Positions 57,317-64,000 of a stretch of 64,000 bases of DNA are shown piece after piece. A program made the position numbers and the translations under genes. Source of the stretch: Eledone cirrhosa (Eukaryota); contig OZ024761.1 in NCBI GenBank assembly GCA_964016885.1, forward strand, positions 14,942,001 through 15,006,000, written 5' to 3'. The notes under the pieces were generated by a model. It did no database searches. It had not been told where the DNA came from and saw nothing but the letters and a program-made list of their open reading frames with translations. Each line of letters begins with the position of its first letter. The stretch's first letter is position 1.

Positions 57317-60169
57317 CATAGATTGTTGCTGTTGTGGTTTAGCCCTAGGTCAGCTCCTGAAAGAACACAGCCTTGTTTTGTTCAATGGCATTCTCTCTTT
57401 ATATCTGTGGAGTACTCAGCCACTTACATATTAATTCGTTAGCTGGGCTTCTGGTTTATCACAAAACAGGATGTTGTTAAAACTGGCGGAAGATCTGTCA
57501 TTTATGACTGCATAGTCTCTGTGTCATTTTTTGTGTTTTAGACAGTAGTGGTGTGATTTGAGGGAGATTTGGCTGCTGTTTTTAGCAAATCGATGCATGT
57601 AGAAACTCCCTTGTGTGCCTCATGTATATATGTGCATGTAAATATATTGTACTTTGTGTATGTGGTGTGTGTGTGTGTGTATATATATATATGTGTTTGT
57701 GCATGTCTGTGTGTGTGTATATATATGTGTGTCTGTGCATGTCTGTGTGTGTGTATATATGTATGTGTGTGTGTATATTTGTATGTGTGTCTGTGTGTGT
57801 GTGTGTCTATATGTGTGTATATATATATGTCTGTGCATGTCTGTGTGTGTGCATATATATATGTGTGTCTGCATGTCTGTGTGTCTATATGTGTGTATAT
57901 ATATATATATATGTGTGTCTGCATGTGTGTGTATATATATATATGTCTGTGTGTGTATATATGTGTATGTATGTCTGTGTGTGTGTATGTGTCTGTGCAT
58001 GTGTGTGTCTATATATATGTGTGTCTGTGTGTGTGTGTATATATGTGTATGTGTGTCTGCATGTCTGTGTGTGTATATATGTGTATGTATGTGTGTGTCT
58101 ACTCTATTTATGAACACTTATTGTTAACAACACTGTTGTTGTTACTGCAGCATGTAATTACAGCTATTTTTTTTCTGAATTCAAATTCTGCCGATGTTTG
58201 GCTTTACCTTTCATCCTTGCAGGTTCGATAAAATAAGTACCAGTAACGTACTGGCGTCGATTCAATCGACTTCCTCCCTCCTCCAAAAATTGTTGACCTT
58301 GTGTATCTAAATCAAAAACCAATATTAGTATGATGGATTTGTACAGTTGCTAGAGCATCTGTCAAAATGCCTTGAAGTATTTTTTTCTGACCTTTACACT
58401 TTCCGAGTTCAAATCACGCCGAGGTCAACTTTGCTTTTCATTCCCCTTGGTGCTAATAAAGTAAAGTACCAGCTATGAATTATATTCTTAGGGATGGATG
58501 GTGGGTAGAGGGAGGAAGAGTTGATATATTTTACTAGCCTTTGCTCCATTCCACCCCTTAAAATTTCTGGCCTTATGCTGGTCTTGGAGAAAGTTGTTGT
58601 TTATTAAACAAACCGCATTTGAATCTGTGAAACACAAAACCATGAACCCTAGAGGCATCATCATCAGGCTGGTGTTTATCTCAGTTTTCATTGGTGTTAA
58701 GCAACTGAGAGTACATGACCTCTTCTCCCTGGACTGGATGCCAGTCCATCACAGGGTTAAAGTCCCAGCTACTATTGCCGCTGGTACTCATTTTCATCTG
58801 AGTGTACCGGAGCAACATTGAAGTGTTTTGCTCAAGAACATGTGTCACTCGTTCCAGGAATCGAACCCACAACTTTATCGTTGTAAGTACAATACCCTAA
58901 CCACTAGGCCATGCACCATCACTACATATCTTAAAGGGTTCCTATCTAAATTAAAATCTACCACCATAATTTGATACAGACTTTTGAGTAAGTTGTATTA
59001 CAAATGCCATCTTAATGAAAAAATTAATTTGAGTAATTCCTTCCAAATTCACCATTACTTATGGCATATGCAATCTATGTATGTCATTAGAATTACAGTC
59101 ACAAATGGGCTAATGCTGTTGTTACTGTTGTTGGTGGATTGGCAGTATCAGCAGAGGGTTGGACGGCATGCTTTGCAGCATAGAGTTATAGCCCTTTACG
59201 TTCCGAGTTCGAATCCTGCCGAGGTTAACTTTGCCTTTCATCCTTACGGGGTCGATTAAATAAAGTACCAGTAATGCACTAGGATAATTGCTGGCCTTGT
59301 GCTTAAAGTAGAAACAGTTGTTGTTGTTGTTGTTGTTGCTAAGGAGATGGATTGACACAATCGGTAGAATGTCATAGCAGCATTTGTTCCAGTTCTATAC
59401 TTTCTAAGTTCAAGTCTCATCAAGTCTATAGTACTTTTTGTCCTTCTGGGGTCAATAAAATAAAGTACTAGTCAAGTACTGGGGTTGATTTAATCAACTT
59501 TGACCTTCCCTCGAATTTTCAGGCCTTATTGACTATATTAGAAACCAATATTAAATAATTCTTTCTGTGTCAATAAAATAAAGTACCAGTCATATACTGG
59601 AGTTAATTTAATCAACTTTGCTCCCCCCCCCCCCTGTTTTTTTTTTACCTTCTGCCTAAATTTAAATTATTGTTGTTGTTGGTGGTGAGTTGGCAATATC
59701 AGTAAAGTGTCAGACAAAATGCCTTGCGGCATATAGTTACGGCCCTTTACTTTAAAATCCAACTGAAGTTAGCTTTACCTTTTATCAAATAGAGTACCAG
59801 TAACACAATGGGGTCAGTTTAATCAACTTTCCCCATTTCCCTTCAAATTGCTGGCCTTGTGCCAAGAGTAGAGACCATTATAATTATTATTATTATTATT
59901 AACGTACCGGTTAAATAATGGGGTCAATATAATCAACTTCTCTTCCCTTCAAATTGCTGGCCTTGTGCCAAAAGTAGAAACAATTATTATTATTCAAGTA
60001 CCAGTTAAATACTGGGATAAATGTAACTGACTTTCTCCACTTCCTTCAGATTGCTGGCCTTGTGCCAAAAGTAGAAAATTATTATTGTTGTTGTAATTAT
60101 TGTTACCATGTTGTTGTTGTTGGTGGTGTATTTCTTGTTGAACCCTTTCCTGACTTTGTTGTTTTACAG

Positions 60170-60282
60170 GCCTCAGCGAACCAACAATGGAATCTTGCCA
60201 GTGTAGTGCCCAGCACCTTTGGTCTGCCTACTGTCAGACAAACATCCCAATCTCATTCAAGCAAGCGGCAAACTAAAAATAG
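60170..60282 (+). CDS. HIPK: HIPK exon J
   Basis: ttttacag|GCC...AAT AG|gtttgt. ASANQQWNLASVVPSTFGLPTVRQTSQSHSSKRQTKN(R); phase 0 to 2 fits exon K. Confidence 0.85.
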
Positions 60283-60391
60283 GTTTGTCTTTGACACTCT
60301 TCTTACATTAATTGTATTAACCCATTTGACATTTTATAGGACCAGTCTTGAAGTTATGACATGTATGGTTATACATCTCATAAGACTAGTC

Positions 60392-60599
60392 TTAACCCTT
60401 TAGCATTTACATTACTCTATATTTACTATTGTATTTTCACGGTAAACACTTTATCTCACATAATATCAAATCTATGATATTATTTATTTTGAGAATAATA
60501 CCTTAACATCAGTATGAGAGGCTGGTTATGGCCGGTTTGAACAAAAAATTGTGGGAGAATTCTGGCCGGATATGGCCGGTTTAAATGCTAAAGGGTTAA
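60392..60599. mobile_element. TTAA-flanked MITE family 2, full copy
   Basis: Perfect TIRs CCCTTTAGCATTTA/TAAATGCTAAAGGG with TTAA target-site duplication. Confidence 0.8.
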
Positions 60600-61046
60600 A
60601 GTTATGATTGTATGTTTGTACAGTTCATATGATCAGTCATAAAGTTATGACGTATGCTTGTATACCTAATAGGACCAGTCTTAAAGTTGACATTTGTTTG
60701 TACACCTCACAGGATGAGTCTTAATGTTATGACATAATTGTACTCTTTATAAGACTAGTCTTAGCTTTATCATGTTTGTACCCTTTATAAAATCAACTTT
60801 AACTTTATTATGTTTGTGCCCTTTAAAAGACCAGTCTTAAGTTTATGATTGCACTCTTTTTTATAAGACCAGTCATAAGATTGCACTCTTTTTTATAAGA
60901 CCAGTCATAATTTTGACATGTTTTACCCCGTTTATAAGATCAGTCTAATTTTATTTTTGTGCCCCCTTAAAAAACCAGTCTTAACTATGATATGTCTGTA
61001 CCCCTTTCATAAGACCAGTCTTTAATTCTATGACCTCCTGTTGTAG

Positions 61047-61379
61047 GACCAGCAAAGAAATCTGTACCTCCACACAGTTATCTCCTGTGAAGAAACGTGT
61101 CAAGGAGAACACACCACCACGACTGGACAGCTTGCACAAAGAAGAGATCCTGCGTCTAACAGGGTGGGGCAACGAGGCACAAGTTGTGCCGCTGAACAGC
61201 AAGGTGAGCAGCAGCAGCAGCAAGAGTAGCAGCCACACAGGTACCAGAGGTCCAGGTGACCACCGCCAGACTATTGTTATAGCTGACACCCCTAGTCCAT
61301 CGGTCAGTGTAATCACCATCAGCTCTGATAGTGAGGATGAAGAAGAATCCAAAAGGCATTTGAAGGATACAGTCAAAAA
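61047..61379 (+). CDS. HIPK: HIPK exon K (NLS and SUMO-interacting motif)
   Basis: ttgtag|G ACC...AAA AA|gtaggg. Contains SPVKKRVKENTPPR, GWG and RQTIVIADTPSPSVSVITISSDSEDEEE, closely resembling the HIPK2 speckle-retention region. Confidence 0.96.
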
Positions 61380-61669
61380 GTAGGGGTCACTATTGTTTTT
61401 TTTTATTTATGCTTTTTCTTTAAAAACTCCCTTTCTTTACTTAGTAATGTAGACATCTTGTTGTCTCGTCTATCACCAAGTATCTGTGTCAACATCTATC
61501 AATATATATATATATATATATGTTTGTGTCACTATATGTCACTATCTGTCACTGCCTGTTGCTATCTCTCAACACCTGTCATATCTGTCACCATTTCTAT
61601 CTGTCAACATATATCACCATTTGTCATTGTCTTTTGTTATCTCTTAAAATCTCTCACATCTATCATCAT

Positions 61670-62070
61670 CTCTATCTGTCACTATCTCTCAATATCTGTC
61701 ACCATCTCTCAATATCTGTCACCATCTGTCAATATCTGTCACCATCTGTCAATATCTGTCAGTATCTGTCAATATATGTCACCATCTGTCAATATCTGTC
61801 ACCATCTGTCAATATCTGTCAGTATCTGTCACCATCTCTCAATATCTGTCACCATCTGTCACCATCTCTCAATATCTGTCACCATCTCTCAATATCTGTC
61901 AGTATCTGTTACCATCTCTCAATATCTGTCACCATCTGGCAGTATCTGTCAATATCTGTCACCATCTCTCAATATCTGTCACCATCTCTCAATATCTGTC
62001 AGTATCTGTCACCATCTGTCAATATCTGTCACCATCTCTCAATATCTGTCAATATGTCTCCATCTGTCAT
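61670..62070. repeat. 10-bp-period repeat (aatatctgtc/accatctgtc)
   Basis: Direct inspection. Confidence 0.9.
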
Positions 62071-62196
62071 TTGAAATTATGATGTTGATGATTATGTGGA
62101 TGTCGATATTGGTGATTGTGATGATGATGATGATTGTGCTAATGCAGTATATATGATGCTAGCTCTTGACTAACCTCTCTCTCACCCTCCCCCTAG

Positions 62197-62519
62197 GGTA
62201 CGTGATGTCCACACCAGTACTAAACACAGCAGCAGCAGCAACCATCACCACCACCACCACCACCACCACACATCTGGTCATCATCAGTCGCGTCACTACC
62301 AACAGCAACAACAACAGCAGCAACAACAGCAGCAACAGCAGCAACAACAACAACAACAACAGCAGCAACACAACAGCAATCACAACAGTACTAGCAGTGG
62401 CAGCAGCAGCAGCAGTAGTAGCAGCAGTAGCAGTCATGTAACGAGCCATCCTTATGTCCAGAACAGTAACAGTGTGGATAGCAGGAACTGTAGCTCCAGA
62501 TCAGGATCATCAGCTTTCG
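62197..62519 (+). CDS. HIPK: HIPK exon L (His9/Gln23/Ser-rich low-complexity exon)
   Basis: ccctag|G GTA...TTC G|gttagt. Open in the frame VRDVHTSTKHSSSSNH9TSGHHQSRHYQ23HNSNHNSTSSG(S)n...SGSSAF; phase 2 to 1 exactly bridges exons K and M. Confidence 0.88.
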
Positions 62520-62589
62520 GTTAGTATCTCACAACACTTGTTGTTAGTTTAGTACCTTTCTTTGTGTTGGCAGTAGTAGTTGTTCTTAG

Positions 62590-63802
62590 ACCAGTACTAT
62601 ATATAAGCCATAGGCCAGTACTATAAACCATAGACCAGTACTATAAACCATAAACCAGTACTATAAACTATAGATCAGTACTATGTGTAAACTATAGACC
62701 AGTACTATATATAAACCATAGATCAGTACTATATATAAACCTTATGTCAGTCCTATATATACACCATAGACCAATACTATATATAAACCTTAGGCCAGTA
62801 CTATATATAAACCTTTGACCAGTACTATATATAAACCATAGGCCAGTACTATAAACCATAGACCAGTACTATATATAAACCTTAGACCAGTACTATACAC
62901 CATAGACCAGTACTATATATAAACCTTAGGCCAATACTATACACCATAGACCAATACTATATATAAACCATAGACCAGTACTATATATAAACCTTAGACC
63001 AGTACTATACACCATAGACCAATACTATATATAAACCTTAGGCCAGTACTATAAACCATAGACCAGTACTATACACCATAGACCAGTACTATATATAAAC
63101 CATAAGCCAGTACTATAAACCATAGACCAGTGCTATATATAATCCATAGACCTATACTATATATAAACCATAGGCTAAACCATAGATCATTAATATATAT
63201 AGACCTTAGACCAGTGCTCTATATAAACCATAGATCAGTACTATAAACCGTAGACCAGTACTATATATAAACCATGGATCAATACTATATATAAACCCTG
63301 GATCAGTACTATATATAAACCCTGGATCAGTACTATATATAAACCCTGGATCAGTACTATATATAAACCCTGGATCAGTACTATATATAAACCCTGGATC
63401 GGTACTATATATAAACCCTGGATCAGTACTATATATAAACCCTGGATCAGTACTATATATAAACCCTGGATCAGTACTATATATAAACCCTGGATCAGTA
63501 CTATATATAAACCCTGGATCAGTACTATATATAAACCCTGGATCAGTACTATATATAAACCCTGGATCGGTACTATATATAAACCCTGGATCAGTACTAT
63601 ATATAAACCCTGGATCAGTACTATATATAAACCCTGGATCGGTACTATATATAAACCCTGGATCAGTACTATATATAAACCCTGGATCAGTACTATATAT
63701 AAACCCTGGATCAGTACTATATATAAACCCTGGATCAGTACTATATATAAACCCTGGATCGGTACTATATATAAACCCTGGATCAGTACTATATATAAAC
63801 CA
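62590..63802. repeat. 24-bp minisatellite (aaaccctggatcagtactatatat) preceded by degenerate related units
   Basis: About 21 near-identical copies at 63290-63800, after diverged accatagaccagtactatatataa units. Confidence 0.92.
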
Positions 63803-63899
63803 TAGAAATTGTAGTGTGAGATGTAATTATTATGATATCAATGTAAACCAGTTTGAAAGTTTCTCTGTTGATTCACCTGTCATCTGTTTCTGTCCTCAG

Positions 63900-64000
63900 G
63901 TTCTCCGAGAGTTCGAAAGAATGTAATCAGCTGCGTAACAGTTCCTGACAGCCCAGAGCTGGACCATATTTCTGCTGTAGCAGCGTCTGCTAGCAACTCT
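63900..64000 (+). CDS. HIPK: HIPK exon M (partial, runs off the window)
   Basis: tcctcag|GT TCT CCG... (G)SPRVRKNVISCVTVPDSPELDH; RKNVISCVTV-DSP is a HIPK2-type motif. Confidence 0.93.

Noticed and set aside
62166-62441. ORF-track frame with polyT/N/A for exon L
   Set aside because: Splice phases from exons K and M require the H/Q/S frame.

Overview
Eukaryotic, AT-rich and saturated with microsatellites; the repeat landscape suggests a cephalopod such as Octopus (inference). The window lies inside one + strand gene, a homeodomain-interacting protein kinase (HIPK, HIPK2-like). I can assemble 13 consecutive GT-AG exons with consistent phases (4000 to beyond 64000). They cover the kinase C-lobe, the Q/P-rich middle region, the NLS/SIM (speckle-retention) region and a His9/Gln23/Ser-rich exon. 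The 5' exons and the 3' end lie outside the window. Almost all long ORFs in the track are (TA)n/(CA)n artefacts. The introns hold at least three tRNA-head SINE families, LINE remnants (RLE-type R4/Dong-like, RTE-like, CR1-like), TTAA and TA MITEs, a Helitron-like end and many minisatellites. The most unusual signal is about 20 short elements inserted in (TA)n tracts. Many carry type-I hammerhead ribozyme motifs (one complete at 26564-26614 on the minus strand), form long fold-back hairpins (arms up to about 174 bp) and share a GAGTRC motif near their 3' ends. They are most simply read as Penelope-like (possibly Naiad-type) pLTR remnants inside the HIPK pre-mRNA.
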